A stretch of DNA of 64,000 bases from Minisyncoccota bacterium (GTDB lineage: Bacteria; Patescibacteriota; Minisyncoccia; UBA6257; JAAZHW01): NCBI GenBank assembly GCA_035402745.1, contig DAONDV010000001.1, positions 19,636-83,635 on the forward strand, in the 5' to 3' direction. Within the stretch, counting starts at the first letter, position 1, and every line of letters starts with the position of its first letter. This document shows, in pieces, positions 9,711-19,697 of this stretch. The notes below the pieces were generated by a model. The model was not told where the DNA came from. It saw only the letters and a list, made by a program, of their open reading frames with translations, and searched no databases. The translations under genes and the position numbers were made by a program.

Positions 9711-9755
9711 CTTTAATCGCGAATACATACGAATTATAAAAGGATTTTAATTTGT

Positions 9756-11231
9756 ATGAATCTACCTGATAAATTTTTGTTGTTTGTTATCCTTTACGGG
9801 GCGGGAGTTTTTACCGCCTCGTTTTTATTTATTTCTTGGATTTGGATTTTATTATTCTTGGTTTTTATTTGCAGTTTTGCTTTGTGGTCTTTTTTGTGTC
9901 ACAAGAAGTTGTTGATTTTTGTGACTGCGGCAACTCTTTTTGCGTTTGGCGTGATTTCTTTTCAAACATCGGACTATTACAATCAAAAAAGTTCTAGCAT
10001 TCGTTGGAATGGTGATTTTGTTAAGGCGTCGGGAGTGGTTTGTGATGAACCAGAATTCAAAGAATCCTCGGTTTGGTTAAGAGTGGAGTTGAAGGATAAT
10101 TATCAAGGAAAGATTTTGATTAAAACGAAACCGTATACTAAAAATTTTCAATATGGAGATGAGATTGTTTTTGAGGGTAAATTGGAAGAACCAGAAAATT
10201 TTTCGGATTTTGATTTTAAGGCTTATCTATCCAAAGAAGGAATTTATTCTATAGCTAATTATCCAAAAGTAGAAATTATAAAAAACCATCAAGGCTCGGC
10301 GATTAAATCTTCTTTATTAAAAGTAAAAAATTTGTTTGAAGAAAAAATTGATACAATTTTACCGGAGCCGGAATCGAGTTTTTTGGGAGGATTGCTTTTG
10401 GGAGAACGTCAAAGTTTGGATGCTGGATTGAAAGAGAAAATGCAAAAAAGCGGGACTAGTCATTTGGTGGCTTTGTCCGGTTATAACATTACTATCATTT
10501 GTACCGCCGTTCTTTCATTATTGTTATTTTTTGGTTTGAAAAGAAACATTGCTTTTTGGTTGTCAGTTTTGTTTATTGTTGTTTTTGTTCTTATGACTGG
10601 GGCTTCTGCTTCGGTGGTGCGCGCTGGCATTATGGGTGGCTTGCTTTTATTAAGCCAAAGAATTGGCAGGTTATATCATCCTAGAAATGCTCTTTTTCTG
10701 GCCGGCATTATTATGGTAATAATCAATCCGAAAATATTAAGATTTGATTTTGCTTTTCAATTATCTTTTGCTGCCACTTTGGGATTGATTTATTTCTATC
10801 CGTTTTTTGAGAAAGTATTAAAGTCGGATCAATCCAGTTTTTTAAATTGGCGTGGTGTTTTAGCCACAACTTTGTCGGCGCAATTCGCAGTCTTGCCATT
10901 AATTGTATTAAGATTTGGATATTTTCCATTGGTTTCTCCTTTGAGTAATATCTTTATTTTGTCTTTGATTCCGATAACAATGTTATTTGGTTTTTTAGCG
11001 GGGGTGTCAGGGTTAATTTTTTCTGGTTTGGCGATGATTTTCGGTCTTCTTTCTTATTTATTGCTTAAGATGGAAATTCTTATTATTGATTTTTTTGGCA
11101 GTCTGAAATTTGCTATAATTTCTTTGGATAAAGTGAGAGAATGGGTTTTCTGGCTAGCGGTGGGAATAGTGATATTAATGTTTGTATACATTCAAAAAAA
11201 GAGATTGAAGTATTTAAAATATACTCGGTAG
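9756..11231 (+). CDS. comEC: ComEC/Rec2 DNA-uptake channel (DUF4131/OB plus competence domain)
   Basis: SGTSHLVALSGYNI, ASVVRAGIM, FQLSFAAT; many TM helices. Confidence 0.93.
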   Translation: MNLPDKFLLFVILYGAGVFTASFLFISWIWILLFLVFICSFALWSFLCHKKLLIFVTAATLFAFGVISFQTSDYYNQKSSSIRWNGDFVKASGVVCDEPEFKESSVWLRVELKDNYQGKILIKTKPYTKNFQYGDEIVFEGKLEEPENFSDFDFKAYLSKEGIYSIANYPKVEIIKNHQGSAIKSSLLKVKNLFEEKIDTILPEPESSFLGGLLLGERQSLDAGLKEKMQKSGTSHLVALSGYNITIICTAVLSLLLFFGLKRNIAFWLSVLFIVVFVLMTGASASVVRAGIMGGLLLLSQRIGRLYHPRNALFLAGIIMVIINPKILRFDFAFQLSFAATLGLIYFYPFFEKVLKSDQSSFLNWRGVLATTLSAQFAVLPLIVLRFGYFPLVSPLSNIFILSLIPITMLFGFLAGVSGLIFSGLAMIFGLLSYLLLKMEILIIDFFGSLKFAIISLDKVREWVFWLAVGIVILMFVYIQKKRLKYLKYTR

Positions 11232-11266
11232 GATAATGCGTATTGTTTGAATTTTTATTATTAGTT

Positions 11267-12109
11267 ATGGAACAATCCGGTAAATCAATAATAATTTTCG
11301 GTCTGTTGATTTTATTGGCCCTTAATTTGGTGGTTTGGTTTTTTATTTTGTCGGAAAGTAATTTGACGAAAATAGATTTTTTGGACGTAGGGCAAGGGGA
11401 TGCGTCTTTAATTAGCTTTCGTAATTCCGGAAAAATAATGGTTGATGCCGGACCGGATCGAAGTGTGCTTAGTAAATTGGGTAGTAGTTTAAATTTTTTT
11501 GATAAGAAGATAGATGTTGTAATTTTATCTCATGCCAATTTAGATCATTATGGAGGTTTTTTTGAAATGATAAAGCGATATCAGCCGCGAGTTTTTGTTT
11601 ATAGCGGCGCAGATAGTACTAGTGAAACTTTTCAAAGTTTAATGTCTTTAATAAAGAATAATGGTGTAGCCGTTGTAGCTTTGGGGGCTGGGGATAAAAT
11701 TAAGATCGGTAATGATGTTTTGGATATTATTTCCCCAGCTCGCAACGAGATCTTTTCCGAGAAGAATCTCAATAACAGTTCTTTAGTGTTTCGAGCGACT
11801 ATTAATGGTTTTAGAACTTTATTTTTAGGAGATGCTGATAGTGGTTTTTTGAAAAAAATAACGACTGATTGGCAAGCGGATATTTTGAAGGTTAGTCATC
11901 ACGGATCAAAAAATGGCACTAGTCCGGAGTTATTGAAATTAATTAATCCACAAATAGCGCTAATTGGAGTAGGAAGAGATAATAAATATAATCATCCTGC
12001 CGATACGGTTATTAATTTATTAAACGATTTGGGTGTTAAAATTTTTCGTACTGATGAAAGCGGTGATATCGGTATTCAGTTCGGTAAAGATCTGATTGTT
12101 GAAAATTAA
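11267..12109 (+). CDS. Metallo-beta-lactamase fold protein (stand-alone ComEC C-terminal nuclease domain)
   Basis: FLDVGQGDA, SHANLDHYGG, NNSS, GDA, LKVSHHGS, YNHP, RTD; N-terminal TM. Confidence 0.9.
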   Translation: MEQSGKSIIIFGLLILLALNLVVWFFILSESNLTKIDFLDVGQGDASLISFRNSGKIMVDAGPDRSVLSKLGSSLNFFDKKIDVVILSHANLDHYGGFFEMIKRYQPRVFVYSGADSTSETFQSLMSLIKNNGVAVVALGAGDKIKIGNDVLDIISPARNEIFSEKNLNNSSLVFRATINGFRTLFLGDADSGFLKKITTDWQADILKVSHHGSKNGTSPELLKLINPQIALIGVGRDNKYNHPADTVINLLNDLGVKIFRTDESGDIGIQFGKDLIVEN

Positions 12110-12136
12110 AAATCCCGACAATGTTGTCGGGATTTT
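12109..12136. terminator. Bidirectional terminator with CGACA-N4-TGTCG core
   Basis: AAAATCCCGACAA-tg-TTGTCGGGATTTT between convergent genes. Confidence 0.85.
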
Positions 12137-12139
12137 CTT

Positions 12140-13048
12140 TTAAAGCCACTTTTTTATTTTAAAAAATATTAAACATGCGATTGAGACTATTAGCATTGCG
12201 CCTGTAATAATCCAAAAGCTGAAAGGATGGCTGACCAGGGGAGTGTTTGCGGTATTCATTCCGAAAATATTTGATAATAAAGAAAGCGGCATGGTAACAA
12301 AAGCGATAATGGTGAGAATTTTCATAATCTCATTCATTTTGCTTTCAAATAGAGTGTTATTGGTGGATTCTAGAGCTTCTACCGTTTCTTTGAGATTATC
12401 CAAGGTGTCCCATACTTTTTCATAATCACCCAACAAGTCATTAAAGTATATTTCTATTTCTTTACCAAAAAATTTCGAGCCTTTTGTTAATAATGATTCT
12501 AAAATGGTCTTTTGAGGTCTAGTAATAAGTCGTTGATCCAAGATGTCTCTTTTTACAAAAGAAATTTCTTGTATCATTTGCTTCTCATGGCCTTTAAAAA
12601 TAGATTCCTCAATGAAAGATATTTTTTCGTTGATATGATTGAGTTGACGCAAGGAAAATTCTTGGCAATCTTCTAAAATTTCATATAAAAGATGTCCGGT
12701 GGTTTTATCCAAATATTTTTCATGGCTGCTGATATCTTTTTCCAATCGATTGAAAAAGATGTTGATAGGTTCTACTTCGCTATAGCGAGAGGTTATTATT
12801 GTGTCTTTGGTGATTAAGAAGTCAACTTCTGTAGCTTTGGATACGCGGGTGGTGGAGTCGTATATCGGTATGTGGTAAACAATGTATATATAATTATTAT
12901 ATGTTTCAACCTTGGAGCGAGATGACGGTTTCATCAATTCGGACATAATAAGAGGATGAAACTTATAATTAGCGCCCAAATAATCTATATCGTTTTGGCT
13001 GGGATTGACGATATCAATCCAAGTGATTTTTGATTGTACTTGTTTCAT
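12140..13048 (-). CDS. corA: CorA family Mg2+ transporter
   Basis: WIDI..P, MNEIMKILT, FGMN signature, two C-terminal TMs. Confidence 0.92.
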   Translation of the reverse strand: MKQVQSKITWIDIVNPSQNDIDYLGANYKFHPLIMSELMKPSSRSKVETYNNYIYIVYHIPIYDSTTRVSKATEVDFLITKDTIITSRYSEVEPINIFFNRLEKDISSHEKYLDKTTGHLLYEILEDCQEFSLRQLNHINEKISFIEESIFKGHEKQMIQEISFVKRDILDQRLITRPQKTILESLLTKGSKFFGKEIEIYFNDLLGDYEKVWDTLDNLKETVEALESTNNTLFESKMNEIMKILTIIAFVTMPLSLLSNIFGMNTANTPLVSHPFSFWIITGAMLIVSIACLIFFKIKKWL

Positions 13049-13232
13049 TAGAGGAATAATTTAAAAAACTAGACCATTAAATGTTATTTTTATTATTATA
13101 CAAAAATATTAAAAGAGTGGCAATGGCGTTTATGAGTTAATTGGATCATTTTGCATTATTGACCAATTTTATTGATAAAAATTTTAAAAAGTGATTAAAT
13201 CTTCTTTTGAAGCGGAATGTTGCCTAATGGGG

Positions 13233-13261
13233 TTGACTTCCGTTTTATTATTTGCTAAATT
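13233..13261 (+). promoter_or_regulatory. Putative sigma70 promoter of the str operon
   Basis: TTGACT-17-TAAATT with extended TG. Confidence 0.5.
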
Positions 13262-13288
13262 ATTTGATATCTAAAATAATTGAAATAA

Positions 13289-13699
13289 ATGCCAACTATT
13301 AATCAGTTGATAAATAAAAGAAGAAAATCTATTGTGAAAAAGACCAAGACACCGGCCTTATCTTTTGGTTTTAATGCTTTGAGAAATCGTCCTATTTCTT
13401 ATCCTGCTTCTTTTAAAAGAGGCGTCTGTGTAAAAGTTTTTACAACTACTCCGAAGAAACCAAACTCTGCTTTGCGTAAAGTGGCGCGTGTGCGTCTTTC
13501 TAATGGCATGGAAGTAACCGCTTATATTCCTGGAGAAGGTCATAATTTGCAGGAACATTCCGTGGTTGTAATTCGCGGTGGTAGGGTTAAGGATTTACCG
13601 GGTGTTCGTTATCATATCGTACGTGGAGTTTTGGATACAACTGGTGTGCAGAACCGTAAACAGCAAAGGTCTAAATACGGAGCTAAGACACCTAAATAA
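13289..13699 (+). CDS. rpsL: 30S ribosomal protein S12
   Basis: [33 protein letters not shown]. Confidence 0.99.
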   Translation: MPTINQLINKRRKSIVKKTKTPALSFGFNALRNRPISYPASFKRGVCVKVFTTTPKKPNSALRKVARVRLSNGMEVTAYIPGEGHNLQEHSVVVIRGGRVKDLPGVRYHIVRGVLDTTGVQNRKQQRSKYGAKTPK

Positions 13700-13711
13700 T
13701 ACTAAACAGTT

Positions 13712-14179
13712 ATGCGAAGAAATAAAAAATTTAAAAGAAATTTTGAACCGGACATGGTCCATAATAGAATCGAGTTCACTCGGTTTATTAACTATTTAAT
13801 GGAAAGAGGCAAGAAGAGTGTAGCTGAAGGAATTTTTTATAAAACTTTAGATATCATTAAAGAGACTACTAAAAAAGATCCCGCTCTTGTTGTGGAAACA
13901 GCTATGAAAAACGTTTCTCCTGTTGTGGAGGTGCGTTCTAAAAGAGTAGGTGGAGCTAATTATCAAGTGCCTCAAGAAGTAAGACCGGAAAGAAAATTTG
14001 CTTTGACTTGTCGTTGGATTTTAGATGCAGCCAGAAAAAGAACGGGCATGGATATGTCCAAAAAATTGGCTGAGGAATTTTTAGCGGCTGCTAATAATGA
14101 AGGAGCGGCTATTAAGAAAAAATTAGACACTCATCGCATTGCCGAAGCAAACAAGGCCTTCGCGCATTTTGCTAGGTAA
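13712..14179 (+). CDS. rpsG: 30S ribosomal protein S7
   Basis: GKKSVAE, RVGGANYQVP, AEANKAFAHF. Confidence 0.99.
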   Translation: MRRNKKFKRNFEPDMVHNRIEFTRFINYLMERGKKSVAEGIFYKTLDIIKETTKKDPALVVETAMKNVSPVVEVRSKRVGGANYQVPQEVRPERKFALTCRWILDAARKRTGMDMSKKLAEEFLAAANNEGAAIKKKLDTHRIAEANKAFAHFAR

Positions 14180-14205
14180 AGCGGAATTTAAAATAAATTA
14201 GAAAA

Positions 14206-14230
14206 TTAATCCGCCGATAAGGCGGATTAA
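14206..14230. other. Intergenic hairpin between rpsG and fusA
   Basis: TTAATCCGCC-gataa-GGCGGATTAA. Confidence 0.6.
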
Positions 14231-14243
14231 AAATATAAAAATT

Positions 14244-16358
14244 ATGGCAAGACAATATCCAATTGAAAAAGTAAGAGATATCGGCATTATTGCTCACATT
14301 GACGCCGGAAAAACAACCGTTTCTGAACGCGTTCTTTTTTATACCGGCATTTCTCATAAAATTGGAGAAACTCATGAAGGTGAGGCAATCATGGACTGGA
14401 TGGATCAGGAAAGAGAAAGAGGTATCACTATTACTTCTGCCGCTACTACTTGTTTTTGGACTCAAACTTATAAAAAAGTGGCAGGTGATAAAAAAGGAGG
14501 AGAATATCGTATCAACTTGATTGATACTCCGGGCCACATTGATTTTACCGTTGAGGTGCAAAGATCATTGCGCGTTTTAGATGGCGCCGTGGTTGTTTTT
14601 GATGGAGTTTCCGGTGTAGAACCACAATCCGAAACTGTATGGCATCAGGCTGATAAATATGAAGTGCCTCGTTTATGTTTTGTTAATAAATTGGATAGAA
14701 TGGGAGCAAGTTTTGATTTTTGCTTATCTACCATTAAAGAAAGATTGAGTCCCAATGCTTTACCGATTCAATTAAATATTGGAACAGAAGATCAATTCTC
14801 CGGTGTTATTGATTTGGTTAGAATGAAAGCCTTTGCTTTTAACGGAGAGCATGGAGAAATTATTGAAGAGATTGAAATCCCTGCAGATTTGAAAGAGAAA
14901 GCTGAAACTATGCATCATGAATTGGTTGAAAAAATTGTAGAACAGGATGATGCGTTAATGGCTAAATATTTAGAAGGTCAAGAACCAACCGAAGACGAAT
15001 TAAGAAAAACTTTAAGAAAAGCTGTTATTGCTTATAAGATTGTTCCAGTTTTGTGTGGAACCGCTTTGAGAAATAAAGGTGTGCAATTAATGTTGGATGC
15101 GGTAGTTGATTATTTACCGTCTCCAATTGATTTGCCTCCAACAAAAGGATTTAATCCTAATAAACCGGAAGAAGAAGTTTTGAGACATCCTGATGACAAT
15201 GAGCCTTTGGCTGCTTTGGCTTTTAAGATTGCTGCCGATCCGTTTGTGGGAAGTTTAACTTATTTCCGCGTTTATTCCGGTGTCTTGAAAAGAGGTACTT
15301 ATATTTTAAATAGTATTAAAGGAGAAAGAGAAAGAGTTGGTCGTGTTTTACGTATGCACGCTAATCATCGTGAAGAAGTGGAGGAAGTATACGCTGGAGA
15401 TATTGCCGCTATTGTAGGTTTGAAAAATACTACTACTGGCGATACTTTGTGTGATCCGGAGAATCCTTTAGTTTTGGAAAAAATTGAATTCCCAGAGCCG
15501 GTTATTCATATGCGCATTGAGCCGAAGACTAAAGCTGACCAAGAAAAGATGGGCTTGGCTTTGAGAAAATTATCAGAGGAAGATCCAACCTTTACTGTAA
15601 AGACCGATCAAGAAACAGCGGAAACTTTGATTGGTGGTATGGGAGAATTACACTTAGACGTTTTGGTAGAAAGAATGAAACGAGAATTTAAGGTGGAAGC
15701 TAACACTGGCAGACCTCAAGTTGCTTATAAAGAAACTATTAAGAGTGGAGCCGAGGCTGAAGGAAAATATATTCGTCAATCAGGCGGAAAGGGTCAATAC
15801 GGTCATTGCTGGCTTAAGGTTGAGCCGATGGAAAGAGGTGAGAAATTTGAATTTGTTAACGCCATCAAAGGAGGCGCTATTCCTCAGGAATTTATTTCTC
15901 CAATTGAAAAAGGTGTAAAAGAATCTATGGCCAAGGGTGTTGTTGCCGGTTTCCCTATGGAAGATATTAAAGTCACCTTGTTTGATGGTTCTTTCCATGA
16001 TGTAGACTCTTCAGAATTTGCCTTTAAGATTGCCGCATCTATGGCTTTCCAAGAAGCTTGTAAACGCTCCAATCCGATTATTTTGGAACCGATTATGAAG
16101 GTGCAGGTAATTATTCCGCCAGAATTTTTGGGAGATACTTCCGGAGATTTGAATTCCAAACGCGCTCGCATTGAATCTATGAATGACAGAATGATGACTA
16201 AAGTTATTGATGCGAAAGTGCCGTTATCAGAAATGTTTGGTTATGCAACCAAATTGCGTTCTATGACTCAGGGTAGAGGATTCTTCACAATGGAATTTGA
16301 TCATTATGCAGAAGTTCCGAAGAATGTTGCAGAACAAATTATCGCTGGAAAGAAATAA
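14244..16358 (+). CDS. fusA: Elongation factor G
   Basis: [23 protein letters not shown]; full domain set. Confidence 0.99.
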   Translation: MARQYPIEKVRDIGIIAHIDAGKTTVSERVLFYTGISHKIGETHEGEAIMDWMDQERERGITITSAATTCFWTQTYKKVAGDKKGGEYRINLIDTPGHIDFTVEVQRSLRVLDGAVVVFDGVSGVEPQSETVWHQADKYEVPRLCFVNKLDRMGASFDFCLSTIKERLSPNALPIQLNIGTEDQFSGVIDLVRMKAFAFNGEHGEIIEEIEIPADLKEKAETMHHELVEKIVEQDDALMAKYLEGQEPTEDELRKTLRKAVIAYKIVPVLCGTALRNKGVQLMLDAVVDYLPSPIDLPPTKGFNPNKPEEEVLRHPDDNEPLAALAFKIAADPFVGSLTYFRVYSGVLKRGTYILNSIKGERERVGRVLRMHANHREEVEEVYAGDIAAIVGLKNTTTGDTLCDPENPLVLEKIEFPEPVIHMRIEPKTKADQEKMGLALRKLSEEDPTFTVKTDQETAETLIGGMGELHLDVLVERMKREFKVEANTGRPQVAYKETIKSGAEAEGKYIRQSGGKGQYGHCWLKVEPMERGEKFEFVNAIKGGAIPQEFISPIEKGVKESMAKGVVAGFPMEDIKVTLFDGSFHDVDSSEFAFKIAASMAFQEACKRSNPIILEPIMKVQVIIPPEFLGDTSGDLNSKRARIESMNDRMMTKVIDAKVPLSEMFGYATKLRSMTQGRGFFTMEFDHYAEVPKNVAEQIIAGKK

Positions 16359-16401
16359 ATCTTTTATTAAATTTATTTATCAATTATTTAGAATTTTTGA
16401 A

Positions 16402-16439
16402 TCATACGTATAACTTACGATCGTAAGTTATACGTATGA
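16402..16439. repeat. Perfect 38-bp palindrome
   Basis: TCATACGTATAACTTACGA|TCGTAAGTTATACGTATGA, no spacer. Confidence 0.95.
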
Positions 16440-16449
16440 AGAGAGGACG

Positions 16450-16480
16450 ACCGCCTCGGCATTATATGCCGAGGCGGTTT
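16450..16480 (+). terminator. Hairpin/terminator after fusA
   Basis: ACCGCCTCGGCAT-tat-ATGCCGAGGCGGT-tt. Confidence 0.75.
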
Positions 16481-16574
16481 GACTTCTTGGCCAAAACAAC
16501 TATTATAAAGTTAGAATTTTAATAATAAGATGCACCCATCTTGTTGTAAATCTTTGATGGGTAATGGAGGTAAA

Positions 16575-16922
16575 ATGCCTATAAAAGTGGAGACTTGCAT
16601 TCCAGAAAATTATATTGAAATTTCTCTCCCTCATTTAGAAGGAAAATTGTCCGACTCAGGAGAAGAGTATTCAATCATAAGAAATATTTTTATATTTGAT
16701 ATTGGCATAGATAAATGTTTGTGGTTTGATTCTGTACTTCAGCCATTAACGGCTTATGAATTGGCCAAAAAGAAAAAAAGTGGAATTCGCATTCGTTTGG
16801 TTGACGAATCGATGCTTGGTTGCCATTTTTATTCTTTTGAAAATTTGGAAAAATTTGCCGAAGATTTCAAATTGAGGAATCTTTTGAAAAATATTAATAA
16901 GAATGAAGGAGGTGAGGAGTGA
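16575..16922 (+). CDS. Hypothetical protein (ORFan cassette)
   Basis: SD GGAGG before ATG 16575; promoter TTGACT-16-TATTAT. Confidence 0.6.
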   Translation: MPIKVETCIPENYIEISLPHLEGKLSDSGEEYSIIRNIFIFDIGIDKCLWFDSVLQPLTAYELAKKKKSGIRIRLVDESMLGCHFYSFENLEKFAEDFKLRNLLKNINKNEGGEE

Positions 16923-17086
16923 AGAATGGCACTTTGAAGAGGTCTAGCAATGAGTCGTTGCGGCGCGCGATAAATGATCGTCCGTTTCAACTTGATTTGA
17001 ATAAGAAGCACGGTAAGCTTTGGTTTGTATTGATTATGCTGACGGTTATCGTCCTTGGCATTGCCGCGTCATTTGTCTTCAATTGA
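16919..17086 (+). CDS. Small 55-aa protein with C-terminal TM helix (not in ORF track)
   Basis: GTG overlaps the upstream TGA (GTGA); SD GGAGGTG; VKNGTLKR...KLWFVLIMLTVIVLGIAASFVFN; ends just before a terminator. Confidence 0.6.
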   Translation: MKNGTLKRSSNESLRRAINDRPFQLDLNKKHGKLWFVLIMLTVIVLGIAASFVFN

Positions 17087-17099
17087 TAAAAAGACTAAT

Positions 17100-17135
17100 A
17101 AGCCCCTGACTATAAATATAGTCAGGGGCTTTATT
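17100..17135 (+). terminator. Intrinsic terminator
   Basis: AAGCCCCTGACTATA-aa-TATAGTCAGGGGCTT. Confidence 0.85.
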
Positions 17136-17173
17136 GTTGTTTGATTGTTAAAAATTTGGTAAAATATTCAGGT

Positions 17174-18442
17174 ATGTCCGATACAACAAACCAGGCTATA
17201 GAAAAAATTGCAAAAATTTTAAGAGTTAAACCAGAAGACTTGGCTGCTTTGGAACAGAAAATGAACAAGGCCACTGGCAAGAGTGGTGTGTTGGAAAAAA
17301 TTTATGATCTTAATGATCGAACGGTGAAAGATAGACTTCAATCTTTGGGTTTGAATGATAAGTGCGTCAGCAAAGATGTTTTTTCCGCATTAATTAAAAA
17401 AATCTTTTTAGCTGATAAGGTTTTTGTGGAAAAATTTGGAGGAGTTTCCATATCCAATATCAATGATTGTCAGAAAGTTTTGAATGCCATTAAAGATAAT
17501 CAAGAAAAACTCATCGGCTTTTTTTTGAAGAAAACTAAGGCCGCGGAGTTGTTAAGAAAAGAACCTCCTCAGAATATCGTGCGAGCTTTGGGTTATAAAA
17601 ATATTGAAGAAGCTTTGGTTAAAGAAGATATTTTTGAATTATTTGCCGCTTTAAGATTCATTGAAGACGGGGAATGGTTGAATAATGTCTTTTTCAAACA
17701 ATATGAAAGTTTGACTCCGAATGATTTTGAAGAAAGGGGCGTGGAAATAAAAGTTTTAAGCAGTAAATGGGCGAAAGCTGCGGAGAGTTTTGTAAAAAAG
17801 AAATATCATAATATTAGTCACTTAAAAGAGTTTGGAGTGATTTTTGTCATTCCTGTAACTTTGAATATTCCTGGAGAATTATTGAGAATGGTTTCTTTGG
17901 TATTGCATTATTATCACGAAGTAAAGTTCTATTCTGATATTTTTAGAGATTTTTCCACTAAACCGGATTTTGTTAAAAATTTAATTCAAACCTTAAAAGG
18001 TGAAATGATTGACGGCATTCCTGCTCCAACAGAAAAAGCGCAATGGTTGGTGATTCAACAATATTTGGCGAAAAAAGACGAAAATGATGAGCGTTTATTA
18101 ATGCCTCATATTAATCCTGAAGCTATTCATTGGAAAAAGGCGGAAACGGGAATTGTAAAATTAGGGCAATCTTTGGCCGGATTGGAAGAAGGGGATTTTG
18201 AATTCTGGGAAGATTTGGATTGGGTGGGAGAGTATTTTCTCAGTGGCAATCATGGAACGGAGCTTGTGAGTTTTGATTTGGTGGATGTGGTGATGTCTCT
18301 GGTGAAAGAAAAAGAAATGGTAAAATATCTTTATCATCATCAAGAGGCCCTATGGAATAAAATCTTTACTGAATATTTTGGTGAAGAAAAAATGGAGGAG
18401 ATTATAAAAAATAATCTATTGAGGGGATTCGTGGAAATTTAA
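17174..18442 (+). CDS. Conserved-looking hypothetical protein (about 420 aa)
   Basis: Long ORF with normal codon usage; motifs KKYHNISHLKEFG, HYYHEVKFY, PHINPEAIHW, YLYHHQEALWN; function not recognised. Confidence 0.8.
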   Translation: MSDTTNQAIEKIAKILRVKPEDLAALEQKMNKATGKSGVLEKIYDLNDRTVKDRLQSLGLNDKCVSKDVFSALIKKIFLADKVFVEKFGGVSISNINDCQKVLNAIKDNQEKLIGFFLKKTKAAELLRKEPPQNIVRALGYKNIEEALVKEDIFELFAALRFIEDGEWLNNVFFKQYESLTPNDFEERGVEIKVLSSKWAKAAESFVKKKYHNISHLKEFGVIFVIPVTLNIPGELLRMVSLVLHYYHEVKFYSDIFRDFSTKPDFVKNLIQTLKGEMIDGIPAPTEKAQWLVIQQYLAKKDENDERLLMPHINPEAIHWKKAETGIVKLGQSLAGLEEGDFEFWEDLDWVGEYFLSGNHGTELVSFDLVDVVMSLVKEKEMVKYLYHHQEALWNKIFTEYFGEEKMEEIIKNNLLRGFVEI

Positions 18443-18461
18443 TTTTATTAAAATAAAAAAT

Positions 18462-19229
18462 ATGAAAAATGATTATTTGAAAAAAATAACAACAAGAGGA
18501 AAGGCGATTTATTTAGCTTATGATCATGGAATGGAACATGGGCCGGAAGATTTACCGGGGAAATCTATTGATCCCGCTTATATTTTAGACATCGCCATGC
18601 AGGGCGGATATAACGCTGTGATTTTGGGAAGGGGTGTGGCGGAAAAATATTACAAAGATTCCATTTATGAAATGAAAGTGCCTTTGATTTTAAAATTAAA
18701 TGGTAAGGCTAATATTTGGAAAGGAGGAGATTTATTTTCCAGACAAAATTGTTCTGTGGAATACGCCAAAGAATTGGGCGCTGTAGCTGTTGGTTATACT
18801 ATCTTTTTAGGTTCGGCTCATGATGAGAAAATGTTTGTGGAATTTGGGAGAATTGTAGAAGAAGCTCATCGTAATAAAATGGCTGCTATCGCTTGGGTTT
18901 ATCCAAGAGGTGAGTATGTTAAAGATGTAGAATCTCCGGAAATCACCGCTTACGCGGCGCGTATCGGTTTGGAGTTAGGGGCTGATATGGTGAAAATAAA
19001 ATATTGTGGTTCTACTAATAATTTCAGAAAGGCAGTGGAGGCAGCTGGAAAAACCAAGGTGGTTTTATCAGGCGGTCCAAAATTAGAAAGAGAAGAAGAA
19101 TTTTTGGAAGTAGTAAAAAGCGTGATGAGCGCTGGTGGAATTGGAGCGGCTGTGGGAAGAAATGTTTGGCAACATCCTAGGCCATTAGAAATTACTAAAA
19201 AGATTAAAGATATTATTTTTGAAAATTAA
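18462..19229 (+). CDS. Class I (archaeal/DhnA-type) fructose-bisphosphate aldolase
   Basis: LAYDHGMEHGP, WVYPRG, ARIGLELGADMVK (Schiff-base Lys), SGGPK, GRNVWQ. Confidence 0.93.
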   Translation: MKNDYLKKITTRGKAIYLAYDHGMEHGPEDLPGKSIDPAYILDIAMQGGYNAVILGRGVAEKYYKDSIYEMKVPLILKLNGKANIWKGGDLFSRQNCSVEYAKELGAVAVGYTIFLGSAHDEKMFVEFGRIVEEAHRNKMAAIAWVYPRGEYVKDVESPEITAYAARIGLELGADMVKIKYCGSTNNFRKAVEAAGKTKVVLSGGPKLEREEEFLEVVKSVMSAGGIGAAVGRNVWQHPRPLEITKKIKDIIFEN

Positions 19230-19244
19230 ATTGATAAAAAAAGA

Positions 19245-19271
19245 ACCGGTTCGACAATGTGTCGAACCGGT
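19245..19271. terminator. Bidirectional terminator with CGACA-N3-TGTCG core
   Basis: ACCGGTTCGACA-atg-TGTCGAACCGGT between convergent genes. Confidence 0.8.
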
Positions 19272-19283
19272 CTTATTTTTTTG

Positions 19284-19697
19284 TTACGAAAACAATAATT
19301 TGCCGTAGTAGATGATGATGATTTGGATAATGGAAAGAATGACCAATACCCTGAATTTAATACCCTCTAAATCGGCAATAACGATGCAGATTTCTTTTAC
19401 TCCAATGACTGGAACAATGGGCATAAAAAAGTAAATAGTCATAGGAATAATTTTTGCTTTCTTACCCCAACGTCTTAGAATGATATAACACATTCTATAC
19501 CATTTACTTTTTTTCTTTTCTCCTCGAACCATTTCAAGAGTTTTTTCAAACCACTCCGTTCCGTAATAAAAAATTACATTGGTAATATTTGAATACAGAA
19601 AGGTGACCAGAAAAATAAACCAAAAAGTTTTTCCCTTGCTCATTGCTAGCCAGATAAAAGCGGCCTGGTTGATAAATAGGGTAGTCCACAAAAGCAT
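19284..19697 (-). CDS. Hypothetical membrane protein (ORFan cassette)
   Basis: Hydrophobic segments; SD GGAGG; promoter TTGATT-17-TATAGT on minus strand. Confidence 0.65.
   Translation of the reverse strand: MLLWTTLFINQAAFIWLAMSKGKTFWFIFLVTFLYSNITNVIFYYGTEWFEKTLEMVRGEKKKSKWYRMCYIILRRWGKKAKIIPMTIYFFMPIVPVIGVKEICIVIADLEGIKFRVLVILSIIQIIIIYYGKLLFS

Noticed and set aside
16402-16439. loxP site or vector contamination
   Set aside because: Only ATAACTT/AAGTTAT match; the 13-bp arms and the asymmetric 8-bp spacer of loxP are absent
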